Notes: generated from the sequence alone by a model not told the origin. A stretch of 64,000 nt of DNA from an uncultured bacterium (GCA_963822585.1 CAWGIE010000019.1:448001-512000); one strand, 5' to 3'. Shown: positions 20,278-31,311, counted from the first letter of the stretch. Numbers and translations: made by a program.

Positions 20278-22713
20278 CTACCGTGTTGCCGGAAGATCCC
20301 CGGCAGTTCCAAAGTACACCCGGGATATTCCCTTTACCGCCCACAAACCCGCGGCGTCCCGGAAGATCCCGATGTCGTCCCGGGAATCGCCGTCATAGTC
20401 GGCGGGGACCGGCTGGTCGCTAACGCTCCCGAAGTAACTCCGTGTCACCCCCTTCACCGCCCAGAGGCCGGCAGATGACCGGAAGATCCCGATATCCCAG
20501 CTCCCATCGCCGTCATAGTCTCCGGGGACGATCGTATCCGCCGAGTTGCCGAAGTAGGACCGGGTCACCCCCCGGATCGCCCACATCCCCGAGCCGCCGC
20601 GGAATATACCGATGTTCTTCACCACCCCCCCGGCGTAATATCCCGGGACCGGCGTGTCGGCCGAGGAGCCGAAGTAAACCCTCGTCACCCCCTTGACCGC
20701 CCACATTCCCGTGGAGGGCCGGAAAAGACCGACGTCCCAGGTCCCGTCCCCGTTGTAGTCCCCCGGCTCGGGCCGGTCGCTCCCGCTCCCGAAATACGTC
20801 CGCGCCCCTCCCCGGACCGCCCAGAGGCCGGCTGTCGGCCGGAAGATAGCGATCTCGGTGGTGCCGTCCCCGTTGTAGTCGCCGGGCACGATCTCGTCGC
20901 TGGAGGAGCCGAAGTAGGCCCGGGTGACTCCCCTGACCGCCCAGACGCCGCTCCCTCCCCGGAAGACGGCGATGTCCGAGGTCCCGTCACCGTTGTAGTC
21001 GTAGATCCAGGGCGGTCCCTGCGCCCCGGAAGGCGGGGTAGGCGTGGAAGAAGGTGTGGGGGTTGCGGTTGGAGGCGCGGTGAAAGTGGGGCTTGGTTGT
21101 GGAGAGGGAGTCGGGGCCGGGGTCGGAGTAGTCGTCGGAGGCGGGGTAGTGGTGGGACTCGGCGGCGGAGTGGGTGTGACGGAGGGCGTGGAGCTGGGTG
21201 TGGCGGTCGGCGTAACCGAAGGAGTAGCCGTAGCTGTCGGCGTGACGGAAGGAGTCGGCGTGCTGCTGGGGGTGGGAGTGGGTGAAGGGGTTATGTATCT
21301 TTGCAGTTTGCTGATAAAGACGTTCTGACTCAGGACTCCTGCCGCCTGATACGGGTTCACGGTGGGAAAATCGCCGGATGCGGTACGGCCGGTCAGATAA
21401 GCCTGGCCGCTTTGGGCAATGATCCCATAGCCCTCATCGTCACCGCCCGCTCCTCCCAGGTAAGTCGAGTAGACAAGGGTGCCGCCGGATGACGCGAGCT
21501 GGCTGGCAAAGACGTCTTTGTTGGACGCCGCCCGGGAGGCCTGGTAGGGATTTTTAGTGGGAAAATCATCCGATTGGGTATGGCCGGTAACAAAAGCCGC
21601 CCCCCCCGTGACTGAGATACCGAGACCGGTGTCGGCACCGGATCCTCCCAGATAAGTCGAGAAGAGAAGAACGGAACCGGAAGAAGAGAGGCGGCTGACA
21701 AGAGCGTCATATCCCCCGTTCAGATTAGCCTGATACGGATTCACGGTAGGAAAATTGGAAGAGTTAGTTTCCCCGGTAATGGAAGCCTCACCGTCTTCAA
21801 CTGAGATGGACCAACCCCGATCATAACCCGTTCCGCCTCCCAGGTAAGTGGAGTAAACAAGAGTAGAACCGGAGGAGGAGACGCAGCTGATAAAAGCATT
21901 CTCGTAATTTCCAACTTTGGCGGACTGATACGGGTTCACGGTGGGAAAATCACGCGCCCCGGTGCGGCCGGTTATATAAGCGTCGCCACTCTCCATGCAG
22001 ATGCCCAGCCCCTCGGTGGAACCGTCACTTCCGGAGAGATATGTCGAATAAATGAGGGCGGAACCGGAAGAGGAGAGACAGCCGATAAAAGCGGAGCGAA
22101 AAACTCCGCCCTTGGACGCCTGGTACGGATCAAGAGTGGGGAAATCGGTTGAATCGGTATAACCGGTGACATAAGCATTGCTCCCCGTTCCCGAGATACC
22201 GATGCCGTAATCGTCAGCCGCTCCCCCCAGATACGTTGAAAAGAGAAGAGCTGAACCGGTGGAGGAAAGGCGGCTGACGAAAGCATCCCGGGTCCCCCCG
22301 CCGTGACTGGCTTGAAAAGGATTCTCAGTGGGAAAGTCGTCCGAGTAGGTCAGTCCGATGATGGTGGCCTCATCCCCTGCAACCATGATCCCGTGACCTT
22401 CGTCAGTGCTCCCTCCCCCCAGGTAGGTGGTGTAAATCAGAGATGAACCGGAGGAGGAGAGCCGGCTGATGAAGGCGTCGTTGCCGCTGACCCGGCCGGG
22501 CTGATACGGATTGACGGTGGGAAAATCGGAAGATGTGGTCCGGCCGGTGACATAGGCGCTGTCAGCGGAGTCGAGGGCTATGCCGAAACCGTAATCGGAA
22601 CCGCTGCCCCCCAGATAGGTGGAATATTCCAGTTCTACATTCTGCGACCGAAGCAAACCGGCAGGAAAGCCGGCAAACAAAACCAAAATTGAAAAAACCA
22701 GAATTCTTTTCAT
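20278..22713 (-). CDS. Secreted SBBP beta-propeller repeat protein with Pro/Thr linker and FG-GAP-like C-terminal module
   Basis: About 7 repeats of YSTYLGG..D.G.GI..AY(V/I)TG.T.S.DFPT.NPYQ; PTPT linker; DYNGDG repeats. Confidence 0.92.
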   Translation of the reverse strand: MKRILVFSILVLFAGFPAGLLRSQNVELEYSTYLGGSGSDYGFGIALDSADSAYVTGRTTSSDFPTVNPYQPGRVSGNDAFISRLSSSGSSLIYTTYLGGGSTDEGHGIMVAGDEATIIGLTYSDDFPTENPFQASHGGGTRDAFVSRLSSTGSALLFSTYLGGAADDYGIGISGTGSNAYVTGYTDSTDFPTLDPYQASKGGVFRSAFIGCLSSSGSALIYSTYLSGSDGSTEGLGICMESGDAYITGRTGARDFPTVNPYQSAKVGNYENAFISCVSSSGSTLVYSTYLGGGTGYDRGWSISVEDGEASITGETNSSNFPTVNPYQANLNGGYDALVSRLSSSGSVLLFSTYLGGSGADTGLGISVTGGAAFVTGHTQSDDFPTKNPYQASRAASNKDVFASQLASSGGTLVYSTYLGGAGGDDEGYGIIAQSGQAYLTGRTASGDFPTVNPYQAAGVLSQNVFISKLQRYITPSPTPTPSSTPTPSVTPTATATPSVTPTATPSSTPSVTPTPPPSPTTTPPPTTTPTPAPTPSPQPSPTFTAPPTATPTPSSTPTPPSGAQGPPWIYDYNGDGTSDIAVFRGGSGVWAVRGVTRAYFGSSSDEIVPGDYNGDGTTEIAIFRPTAGLWAVRGGARTYFGSGSDRPEPGDYNGDGTWDVGLFRPSTGMWAVKGVTRVYFGSSADTPVPGYYAGGVVKNIGIFRGGSGMWAIRGVTRSYFGNSADTIVPGDYDGDGSWDIGIFRSSAGLWAVKGVTRSYFGSVSDQPVPADYDGDSRDDIGIFRDAAGLWAVKGISRVYFGTAGDLPATR

Positions 22714-23101
22714 GGGAACCCCCTTTGCAGCCTCTATCTTCGTCTGGCCTCCGAATTATTTTAATTGTATGTTCTTTGGGTCTTGTACGGTTCTTATGAT
22801 ATCCGCGAGAACATGATAAAATCATCACTGGACCAAGCGCCCTCCCTTCACGTTTCTCCAGGGAGGCAAGCATCGATCCGGAGAAAATTACCGCTCAATC
22901 CAAAGAGAATCGAAAGCGGATTCTTTAGTTTATCTTATAATCTTTAGTTGTATTTTATCTATAAATAGCAATATAATATTAAAAGTCAATCCTGTTTTTA
23001 GATTAAACGTGAAATAAGCCGGGGAGCACGGAGGGGAAATTCAGATCAACGGAGAAAGGAGGCAGGAGAATTCTCGCCGATAAACGGCACACTGCCCTAT
23101 C

Positions 23102-24802
23102 TCACGGGTGAGATTGATTCTGTCTCTCTACCGGAGGGGGAGGCGTGAGATCGGCAGCAGCCTGGTTACGAAGAAGAAGCTGCTCCCTGGCTCGGGTGAG
23201 TTTTCTTGCAAACCCCCCTTTGCCGAGTTCTGACGTCCACTTGCGCAGGATGACCCAGCCGGCGACACGAAGGAGTTCATTTCTCCATGAACGGTACCAC
23301 TTACGCCAGCCCCATTTAATATTGAAAAGAGAGAACACCATCGCCGGAAAAATCAGGATATTCGCGGCGATCAGGAATACGTGCCGGAAGCGATAAAATC
23401 GTCCCGAAATTTTCCGGGCGGCGGCCTGCATATCTTCCGGGGTAAGCGGCGGATCCGGTTGGAAGAGGGGAAAGTTACCGTCGTAATATTCCCAGCCCAC
23501 GCAATCTCTCGGGAAGATCCGGCCCTGCTCGGCCAGGCGAAGTGTCAGTTCCGTCCCGGGAAGGGGGACGGGCAACATTATCTGGACGGTATCGATCCGT
23601 GCTTTCTTGATAAATGCCCGAAAGTACGAGACGCGTTTTTCTACCGGTATGGACAACTGTATTTGAGAAGGCAGGGGATAGCCGAAAATGAACATTCCGT
23701 GAACAAGAAACCCGGCCTTATGAAACAGCCGGGTCAGGGCGAGCATCTCCTCGGGATTAACCTTCTTATTCATTGCCTCGAGTTCTTCGGGAATGGGCGA
23801 CTCGAAACCGACGGCGATGGTATTGATCCCGGCCCGATGCATGGCCTGAAGCAATTCCTCGTCACGGGCCTTGTCCAGCCGCATCTGGATGGTTATATCA
23901 AGCCGGGCTCCCACCGCCTTCTGGTATTTTTCCAGAAGATCACAAAGATGCAGAGCGGCACTCCGGAATTGGCCGAAAAGGTCGTCAACCAGGAAGAAAT
24001 GCCGCGCGTCATGCCGTTCCAGAAGCGCGGCTACCTGCTCCAGGACGTATTCGGGGGCCGGAGCGCGGGCTTTACCCTTGACGGTGCAGAATTCGCAGTT
24101 CATTCCGCATCCCCGGACCCAGCTTAAAGGATAGAGCTTGAGCCGGGCGTATCTTAAGAGAGAAAAGTCCGGGACCGGGAGTTTATCGAAATCGGTCAGG
24201 GGCGGCCGTTCCACGGTTTTGACCACGCGACCCTCCCTGAGAAACGCCAGGCCGGGGATGGTCTCGGGGTCGCGGGCCCCCCTGAGAGCATCGAGAAGCT
24301 CCACGATGGTTTCTTCCCCCTCCCCGATGACGATGAAATCAAGTCCGTGATCAAGTCCATCCTTAATGTTTTCCCCGACGAAGTGCTGTCCTCCCCCGAT
24401 AGTGGCTACGCCCTGGCTCTTGTAAAAGGAAGCCAGTTCATACAGTCTCGGCACCGTGCTCGTGAGGCCCCCGTAGAAACCAACAACATCCGTAGGCCGT
24501 ATCTGCTGCAACATGCCGTGGTCAGGTCGGCCGGAACGATCCTTGGGACCGAACCGGCGGTAATTATTCTCGTCGATGACCTCAACCGTCCAGCCGGTCA
24601 TCCTGTTGGCCACAGTGGCGACATAGATCGGACCCAGAGCCGTGGTTTTTCCGGCGATGCCGGAATAGATATTGAAGGCGGGATAGGCCGGGATAACAAT
24701 CCGGAGCCGGCGGAGATTCCCTCCGCTGCCGCGGGAGGCCCGGGAACCTTCACTGACGTTATGTCCTTTGTTTTCCATAGTCATATCCCGTATCACCGCC
24801 AT
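23102..24802 (-). CDS. B12-binding radical SAM protein
   Basis: RGCGMNCEFC CxxxCxxC; GEGE; N-terminal cobalamin-binding-like domain. Confidence 0.92.
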   Translation of the reverse strand: MAVIRDMTMENKGHNVSEGSRASRGSGGNLRRLRIVIPAYPAFNIYSGIAGKTTALGPIYVATVANRMTGWTVEVIDENNYRRFGPKDRSGRPDHGMLQQIRPTDVVGFYGGLTSTVPRLYELASFYKSQGVATIGGGQHFVGENIKDGLDHGLDFIVIGEGEETIVELLDALRGARDPETIPGLAFLREGRVVKTVERPPLTDFDKLPVPDFSLLRYARLKLYPLSWVRGCGMNCEFCTVKGKARAPAPEYVLEQVAALLERHDARHFFLVDDLFGQFRSAALHLCDLLEKYQKAVGARLDITIQMRLDKARDEELLQAMHRAGINTIAVGFESPIPEELEAMNKKVNPEEMLALTRLFHKAGFLVHGMFIFGYPLPSQIQLSIPVEKRVSYFRAFIKKARIDTVQIMLPVPLPGTELTLRLAEQGRIFPRDCVGWEYYDGNFPLFQPDPPLTPEDMQAAARKISGRFYRFRHVFLIAANILIFPAMVFSLFNIKWGWRKWYRSWRNELLRVAGWVILRKWTSELGKGGFARKLTRAREQLLLRNQAAADLTPPPPVERQNQSHP

Positions 24803-24856
24803 ACCGAGGAAATGCCGATGATATTTTCCGTCGGGAGCCGCGGGGCTCCTCGGTTG

Positions 24857-26236
24857 TCATTGATCATGGCGGCCGGCCATTTGATGCTGGAATTTCGTGA
24901 AGGTTGCAATGTCAAGGCGGAAGTTTCTCCGGTAGGAGAGATTGGCCACCAAACTGAGCAGCGGCGTGCGGCGCTGCCAGAAGTTGGCGCACACCCTTTT
25001 CAGAATACGCGGCAGGGAATAGAATCTCCGGTTGCAGGTGAGCATTTCTTTGATAATCTCGTCCAGGGAGAGATGCTTGTACCGGGCCACCGGAAAGGTC
25101 AGCGTGTAGTATTCCCAATCCTCGGGGAAGTTATCGAGGGGGACGCGTTCTTCCGATTTCATCTGGTCCCACAGGCGCGTGCCGGGCAGCGGCGTCAGGA
25201 ACCCCACGTTGATGGTGTCCATCCCGTACCGGCTGGCGGCATCGGCAATGCTTCTGCCGATACCTGGTTTGTCTATGTCGAGTCCCATGATAAAGGAACC
25301 CGCGACCATCATACCGTGATGCTGTATGCGCCGCACGGAGGCGCGCAAGTCCCGGTCCTTCAGAAGGTCGAACTTCCTGCCCAGTCCCCGAAGCACTTCG
25401 GGGGTGGGAGACTCAAAGCCGATGAAAACGCCCCGGCAGCCGGCCTGCGCCGCCAGAGTCAGAAGTTCCTCGTCGTCGGCGAAATTGATGGCAGCCTGGG
25501 CCACCCATTCCTTTTTCAGTTTCGCCTCGATCATGGCGCGGAACAGATCCTTGGCGCGGGCGATGTGCTCGGGGCGCGTGCCGATGAGGTTATCGTCCAC
25601 CACCAGGACCCGCTTCTCCCGGATCGACCTGAATTCCCGCACGACATCCGCAATCGGCCGCTGCCGGTAGTGAGCTCCATTGAACGCCGTCACGCTGCAA
25701 AAGCTGCAATTCAACGGGCAGCCGCGAGTGGTCTGGATCGCTCCGAAGGCATAGCGGGGAGGCAGGAGATCATGGCGGGCGGAGGCAATAGCGCTTGTCT
25801 CCGCGTGGCCGCCGTCATACCGGCGCCGCAGGCGATGGTGCCGGGCGTCTTCCAGGACGTGCGTCCAGACACTCTCCGCCTCCCCCGTGACAACGGAGTC
25901 CACCTGCTTCATGGCCTCGTCCAGGTACATGGTGGCATGAATGCCGCCCATGACAACGGGGACGCCAAGCTTCCGATAGTGCGCGGCCACCTCATAGGCG
26001 CGGTTCACCTGAGAGGTGAACGCGGTAATGCCCACCAGATCCGGGCGGGGCAGGGCCGGATAGTCCGGAGCGCCAAGGTTCTCGTCCACGATCGTTATTT
26101 CCCACTCCGGCGGGGTCAGGCCCGCGAGAACCATCAGGCTGAGCGGTTTCCAGACGCGGTACCGGTTCCAGTGGCTTTCCTTAACCTGGACGCTGCTGAC
26201 CAGCGGATTAGAGGGATTGATCAGATACAGTCTCAT
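24857..26236 (-). CDS. B12-binding radical SAM protein
   Basis: RGCPLNCSFC; VVMGGIHAT; GEAE; TPLPGT. Confidence 0.93.
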   Translation of the reverse strand: MRLYLINPSNPLVSSVQVKESHWNRYRVWKPLSLMVLAGLTPPEWEITIVDENLGAPDYPALPRPDLVGITAFTSQVNRAYEVAAHYRKLGVPVVMGGIHATMYLDEAMKQVDSVVTGEAESVWTHVLEDARHHRLRRRYDGGHAETSAIASARHDLLPPRYAFGAIQTTRGCPLNCSFCSVTAFNGAHYRQRPIADVVREFRSIREKRVLVVDDNLIGTRPEHIARAKDLFRAMIEAKLKKEWVAQAAINFADDEELLTLAAQAGCRGVFIGFESPTPEVLRGLGRKFDLLKDRDLRASVRRIQHHGMMVAGSFIMGLDIDKPGIGRSIADAASRYGMDTINVGFLTPLPGTRLWDQMKSEERVPLDNFPEDWEYYTLTFPVARYKHLSLDEIIKEMLTCNRRFYSLPRILKRVCANFWQRRTPLLSLVANLSYRRNFRLDIATFTKFQHQMAGRHDQ

Positions 26237-26470
26237 GGCGATCGATTGCTCCACGAAGCGTAAAATAGTAGCAATTGAATCGATCACAATCAAATATTTT
26301 TTGCAGGCTTTCCCGATTGATCAATCCCATGCAGGCAAAGGTGTCAATCATAGTATCAGTCAGTCCCTACTTATAGGGACTTGCGGGGAGTCCCGATAAA
26401 GGAGAACACATCCATTGGAGGATTTCCAGGAGGCATGTACGGTGCCACGAACATCAGAACGCGGGCGTGC

Positions 26471-28258
26471 TTATTGGGAAAAGATCAGCACGCTATAGGG
26501 GCCGATGGAAAGCGCCGCCTGAAAGGGAAGCCCGTCACGGGCGCCCGACTGGGCGACAATGTCAGTGCTCTGATGGTTTTTAAAGTCGTCATTGTAACCC
26601 TGCCAATCGCTGTTGAAACGGAGCTTCCAGGTTCCCGCGGCCGGGAAGCCGATTATGTATCCATCCTGGGCGTCACGGAAGAAGTTGGCGACGACCACGA
26701 CGTCATCCCCCGGCCCCCCCCGCTCCCAGCGCTGAAAGGCGAGGACCTTGCGTTCTTCGTTCTGATGATAGACCCGGGTGTACTGCCCGCAGAGGCCGCG
26801 GGTGAAACCGTCGCGATTGAGACGCAACCGGATGAGGTCGCGGTACATCCGGACGATGCCGTGAAACTCGTCGCTTTTGTCCCAATCAACGGGGACCGCG
26901 GCGCGGAAGCATCCGCCTTCGAGGAATTCCTGCCCCTGGAAAAGCATGGGAATGCCCGGGGCCGTGAAGACCATCGCGGCGGCCAGCGTGGAACGTTTTC
27001 GGGCGTACCAACCTTTGGGGTCGTTCGGGCTGATCTCCTGCGGCACCCGCACCCGTCCGTTCGACACCTCGTCATGGGACTCGCTGAAGATGACCCGCGC
27101 GAAGGCGTTGTCGTTGTAGCGGAAGCAGATGGCATCGCGGACGGCTCCCAGTGAGCGGTGCTGGTCCTGTAAAGCGGCCACCGCCCGGCGGATGGGGTGG
27201 ACGAACATGCCGTCCCACTGCGCGCCGAACCCGGCACCGCCGTCCGCCACGGCCCGGTTGAGCCGCTGGTTGTTTTGAAAATCCTCGGCGATCGTGATCC
27301 GGCCGGGGAACTTCCGCGCGACCCGGCCGTTGATCCACTGGAGCAGGCTCCAGCCATCGGGCAGCTCCCGATCTTCGGTACCGTGGACGGTGCGGATATA
27401 TTGAGTGCTGTCGAAGCGAAACCCGTCAATGTGGTATTCCTCGAGCCACATCAAGACGTTGTCGAGGATGTATTGACGGACCTCGCCGCGGCCGTAATCG
27501 GGCCGGGTCTCGCCCCACGGCGTGACGGCGCGGTCGTCGTTATAGAAGTAGATCCCGCCGCGATTGTTCTCGGACCAGCCGTCGAACTGCCAGAGATCGT
27601 TGTCGTCGGGGCCGAGGTGGTTGTAAACAACGTCCAGGATCACCGCGATACCCTCCCGGTGGGCGCGCCGGACGAACTGTTTGAACGCCAGCGGGCCGCC
27701 GTAGGTGTTCTCCACCGAGAAGATATGGGCGACGTTGTAACCCCACGACCGGTCTCCTCCGAAGACCCCCACCGGCATGATCTGGATCGCGTTGATGCCC
27801 AGATTTTTCAAATAACCCAGGCGCGCCGACACCGAGGAGAATGTGCCCGGGCGGCTGACGTCCTCCCGGTCGTTGAAGGTGCCGACATGAAGTTCGTAGA
27901 TGACCAGCTCGTTCCACGGCGCGATCTGGAAGTTGTCCCCCTGCCAGTCGAAGCCCGGATCGTAAACGACGGCGTTTCCCACCGAGCCGGTCACCAGGCG
28001 GGCATACGGGTCGATGCGCTGGAACTCCCCCGTCGGCGTGGAGAGGAGGAACCGATACTGATCGCCGGTATGAGCCTCGGCCACGTCGGCGTACCAGTAG
28101 CCGTTTTCCTCAGATTGCAGGGGATGCCGGGAGCCGTCCCAATCGTTGAACGATCCGATGACGGATACCCGCCGGGCATGGGGCGCCCACACGCGGAAAG
28201 CGACTCCCCGGGCGTGCGGGATCGACCCCATGCCTTGGATCCTGGTTTTATCGCTCAT
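26471..28258 (-). CDS. GH13 alpha-amylase family enzyme with CBM48 (glycogen branching enzyme/TreZ-like)
   Basis: FRVWAPHA, YELHVGTF, SWGYN, DVVYNH, DGFRFD, IAED and SHDEV motifs. Confidence 0.93.
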   Translation of the reverse strand: MSDKTRIQGMGSIPHARGVAFRVWAPHARRVSVIGSFNDWDGSRHPLQSEENGYWYADVAEAHTGDQYRFLLSTPTGEFQRIDPYARLVTGSVGNAVVYDPGFDWQGDNFQIAPWNELVIYELHVGTFNDREDVSRPGTFSSVSARLGYLKNLGINAIQIMPVGVFGGDRSWGYNVAHIFSVENTYGGPLAFKQFVRRAHREGIAVILDVVYNHLGPDDNDLWQFDGWSENNRGGIYFYNDDRAVTPWGETRPDYGRGEVRQYILDNVLMWLEEYHIDGFRFDSTQYIRTVHGTEDRELPDGWSLLQWINGRVARKFPGRITIAEDFQNNQRLNRAVADGGAGFGAQWDGMFVHPIRRAVAALQDQHRSLGAVRDAICFRYNDNAFARVIFSESHDEVSNGRVRVPQEISPNDPKGWYARKRSTLAAAMVFTAPGIPMLFQGQEFLEGGCFRAAVPVDWDKSDEFHGIVRMYRDLIRLRLNRDGFTRGLCGQYTRVYHQNEERKVLAFQRWERGGPGDDVVVVANFFRDAQDGYIIGFPAAGTWKLRFNSDWQGYNDDFKNHQSTDIVAQSGARDGLPFQAALSIGPYSVLIFSQ

Positions 28259-28360
28259 GATTGGTTTCTCCAGATGAAAAAAATGATATCGGGACAACCC
28301 GGGTAGAGTCAAATCTTTTCACAACCGCGAGATTTATCCGGATTGCATGTCAGGACAACA

Positions 28361-28417
28361 AAAAGGCCCGTCTCTTATATTGAAACGGGCCTTTTATCAA
28401 CTCCCGGGGCAGGACTT
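28361..28417 (-). repeat. Degenerate copy of the tRNA-Asn 3' end plus terminator (att-like scar)
   Basis: aaaaggcccg..cgggccttttatcaactcccggggcaggac versus 51968 aaaaggcccg..cgggccttttgtcactccccgggcaagat. Confidence 0.7.
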
Positions 28418-28461
28418 CTCTCGACCCTGATATACTTTTTCAGGAAATCCCGATTAACATA

Positions 28462-29052
28462 TCATGTCGAAGGCGATTTTCCGCCGGAGGCCCGGTGTTC
28501 TCCGGCGAGATGAGAACTCGCCGGATCAGCCTTTTGCGCCTCCACCCGCGCCAACCGTGTTCTCAATTCAGCGTTCTCAAGCTCCAGATCGGCCACGTGC
28601 CCTATCCGAAGCGCCATCGCGTCCACCATATGTCTTAATGCCACTGTCCGTTTCTCAACCATCTCTTCAAGATAGTTTTGATACTGGAGCAGCCTTTCCT
28701 CCAACCGGCGGCGATGCGCGGCGTAGCGGATGAGGAAGGAAACCGTGATCGCGCCGATCGCCGCTATCAACACGCTCTCCGCCATGATTTCGTTCCAGTT
28801 CACGGAAGCCTTTCCACCCCCAAAAATATACCGATAGAGGTCGAAAAGCTCGTTAAGCCAGGAGAGACTGATAAGGAGAATAAACAAGATCCCAACCGGA
28901 ATCCATATTTTGCCATGCGGAGGTGCGCCCTTCTCTTTCCGGACCGGGTCACCGGGGGGGGGCCACCCGTTCAACGAGGGGGATGCTTTCTCCCCTTCAC
29001 CAGGCATCGCGGTTTGGGATTCGGGCGCATTCTTCATAAGCTTGGTCTGCAC
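28462..29052 (-). CDS. Hypothetical 2-TM membrane protein with coiled coil (sensor-like N-terminal module)
   Basis: 2 TM, then LEEMVEKRT S-helix-like motif; no kinase domain. Confidence 0.55.
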   Translation of the reverse strand: MQTKLMKNAPESQTAMPGEGEKASPSLNGWPPPGDPVRKEKGAPPHGKIWIPVGILFILLISLSWLNELFDLYRYIFGGGKASVNWNEIMAESVLIAAIGAITVSFLIRYAAHRRRLEERLLQYQNYLEEMVEKRTVALRHMVDAMALRIGHVADLELENAELRTRLARVEAQKADPASSHLAGEHRASGGKSPST

Positions 29053-29291
29053 ATTTTCATTAGACTGCCGTCAAATACAGGCGTTCAATATATCGAGTCA
29101 GTGGAAATAATCCCGGATAAAGCTTCAGTGCTTCTTGAGTAGCTTTTTTAGCCTGAGCCGTCATCTGGCACCCTCTGCAGGGAGAGCAGCCGGTTTATCT
29201 TCGAGTAGTCCAGTGCGGGAAAAACCATAAACTCTTTTAATTTGAATCATTCTATCTCCTTTCTATTCCGATCCCATTATATATCGAATTC

Positions 29292-30029
29292 TTACAGGAT
29301 CCATTTCCGCCTGATGTTTCGGAGGCTGGCGATGAAGAGTCCCAGACAGAAAAGAGCCAGGAGGGTGAAATCCACGGGGATAGGCAGGCGGGAGGCGTGG
29401 TTCAGGGCGCCGTGCAGAATGTCCGCGCCGTAGGTCAGGGGCAGGACATATGACAATGGCCGGAGCCAGAAGGGCAGTTTAGCAATGGGGAAAAAGAGGC
29501 CGCAGAGAAAAATCATGGGGAAACGGAAAAAATTGGAAAAAGTTTGGGCCTCGAAAACTTCGCTCACCGCGACGGCGATGAAGAGGCCGAGGAACGTGGA
29601 GCTGACGGCGATCAGGACCACGGCCGGAACCAGGATCATCCAGTCAACACCTGACAGATCGGTCAGGAAGGCGGCGATCGCCACCGGCACAAACGCGTTG
29701 ACGGTTCCGAAGAGGATGGCCCCCGAGGTCTTCGCCAGCATCAGCGCTTCCAGAGGAATGGGCGCAAGCAAAAGACGTTCGAATGATCTCCCTTTCTTTT
29801 CAAACGTCACGGTGACGGCGAGCATGCTGGTGGTGCCGAAGAGGACCGAGATCCCCATCACGCCAGGAAGGAAGGCCGGTATGCTCTCGAAACCCTGTCC
29901 GGAGCGAATGAAGAACATCGCGGTCCAGGCCAGGGGAAAGATCAACCCCCAGCTGATGTTGGGCGGTTTGAGATAGTAAGACCGCATATCCTTGAGGAGA
30001 ATGTTCCAGAAAGCGATCCATCCCTTCAT
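29292..30029 (-). CDS. ABC-2 type transporter permease
   Basis: 6 TM; FERLLLAP; FLCGLFFP..LP. Confidence 0.92.
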   Translation of the reverse strand: MKGWIAFWNILLKDMRSYYLKPPNISWGLIFPLAWTAMFFIRSGQGFESIPAFLPGVMGISVLFGTTSMLAVTVTFEKKGRSFERLLLAPIPLEALMLAKTSGAILFGTVNAFVPVAIAAFLTDLSGVDWMILVPAVVLIAVSSTFLGLFIAVAVSEVFEAQTFSNFFRFPMIFLCGLFFPIAKLPFWLRPLSYVLPLTYGADILHGALNHASRLPIPVDFTLLALFCLGLFIASLRNIRRKWIL

Positions 30030-31009
30030 CGTCCGCCTCCTTTTTTCTCCTTCTCCCCGCGCATGGCTGCCGCCGCGATCCCCGTAATCCGCACGAAGAC
30101 ATCCTCCAGGGAAAGGCGCATCCTCTTCGCTTCAGTCACCTCGGCCCCCCGCTCTTCCAGAAAGCGGACCAGCGGACCGACGGGAAGGGGACTTTCCGCC
30201 TCAACCCGGATCACTCCCCCGGAAAGGTCCTGAAAATCGATACCGGGGAAGCTGTCAGCGAGGTCACGCAGGATACCTTCCGGCACTGCGGCACCGGATA
30301 TCTGCAGGACATGCTTATCCCGCACCGGCTGGACAAAGCGATCGACCGCGTCTATCCCGACGACCCTCCCGGCCACGATGAAGGCGACCCGATCACAGAG
30401 CCGTTCCGCTTCCTCGATGTAATGGGTGGTCAGGAAGATGGTCGTCCCGGATTCGTGAAGATCGGCGATCAGTCTCCGAATCCGCCGGGCCCCGGTGACG
30501 TCGATGCCCGTGGTCGGCTCGTCCAGAAACAGTATCGGCGGCTGATGGATGATCCCGGCGGCGAGGGCGAGCCTTCGCTTCATGCCCCGCGAATAGCCGG
30601 CGAATTTCCGGTCCGACGCTTCCGCCAGGCCGAAAATACCGAGGAGATCCTCCGCCCGCGCCCGGCGCTGCTCCTTCCGCATTCCGTAGAGCGCCCCGCA
30701 GAAACAGAGGTTTTCAAATCCGGTCAGCTCGGGATAAAGATTGCTCTCGTCCGGAACGACACCGATCAAGTGTTGGGCGGCTTTGGGGTTATTCGCGCAA
30801 TCGACGCCGGCTATTCTGATAGCTCCCCCGTCCGGTTTCGCGAGGCCCGTGAGGAGGTTGATCGTAGTCGTTTTCCCCGCCCCGTTGGGGCCGAGGAAGC
30901 CGAAGAGCTCGCCCCGTCGCACCGTGAAGGAAATGCCGGCAACCGCCCTGACATCTCCAAACCGCTTGACCAGGTCCCGGACCTCGATCGCCGGATCATC
31001 TCTGTTCAT
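30026..31009 (-). CDS. ABC transporter ATP-binding protein (DrrA-like)
   Basis: GPNGAGKTT, YSRGMKRR, LFLDEPTTG, TTHYIEEA. Confidence 0.95.
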   Translation of the reverse strand: MNRDDPAIEVRDLVKRFGDVRAVAGISFTVRRGELFGFLGPNGAGKTTTINLLTGLAKPDGGAIRIAGVDCANNPKAAQHLIGVVPDESNLYPELTGFENLCFCGALYGMRKEQRRARAEDLLGIFGLAEASDRKFAGYSRGMKRRLALAAGIIHQPPILFLDEPTTGIDVTGARRIRRLIADLHESGTTIFLTTHYIEEAERLCDRVAFIVAGRVVGIDAVDRFVQPVRDKHVLQISGAAVPEGILRDLADSFPGIDFQDLSGGVIRVEAESPLPVGPLVRFLEERGAEVTEAKRMRLSLEDVFVRITGIAAAAMRGEKEKKGGGR

Positions 31010-31311
31010 TCTTCCTTCTCTTTCCTGTCGTTGCGACCCTTCTCCAACAGGCGGGCGGACATTTCTTTCCATCGCCGCAGCGTCTTATCATTCAACCGGT
31101 AATGCACGTAGTAGCCTCGTTTCCCCGCGATGACTACATCGGCATCCCGGAGAACGCGCAGATGCTGGGAGACGGCCGCCGGTGTAACACCGAGATGGTG
31201 GGACAGGGCATTAACGCATAAGGAGTGTACTTTCAGCAACTGCACGATCTTTACACGCGTGTCGACCGAGAGCACCTTAAACACTCTGGCCAATTTTTCC
31301 GCCTCGTTCAT
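31006..31311 (-). CDS. ArsR/SmtB family transcriptional regulator
   Basis: FKVLS..TR..LCVNAL..AVSQHLRVLR..G..VHYRL. Confidence 0.92.
   Translation of the reverse strand: MNEAEKLARVFKVLSVDTRVKIVQLLKVHSLCVNALSHHLGVTPAAVSQHLRVLRDADVVIAGKRGYYVHYRLNDKTLRRWKEMSARLLEKGRNDRKEKEE

Noticed and set aside
24347..28306. Long plus-strand ORFs 24347..26263 and 27197..28306
   Set aside because: Antisense shadows of well-supported radical SAM and GH13 genes in GC-rich DNA.
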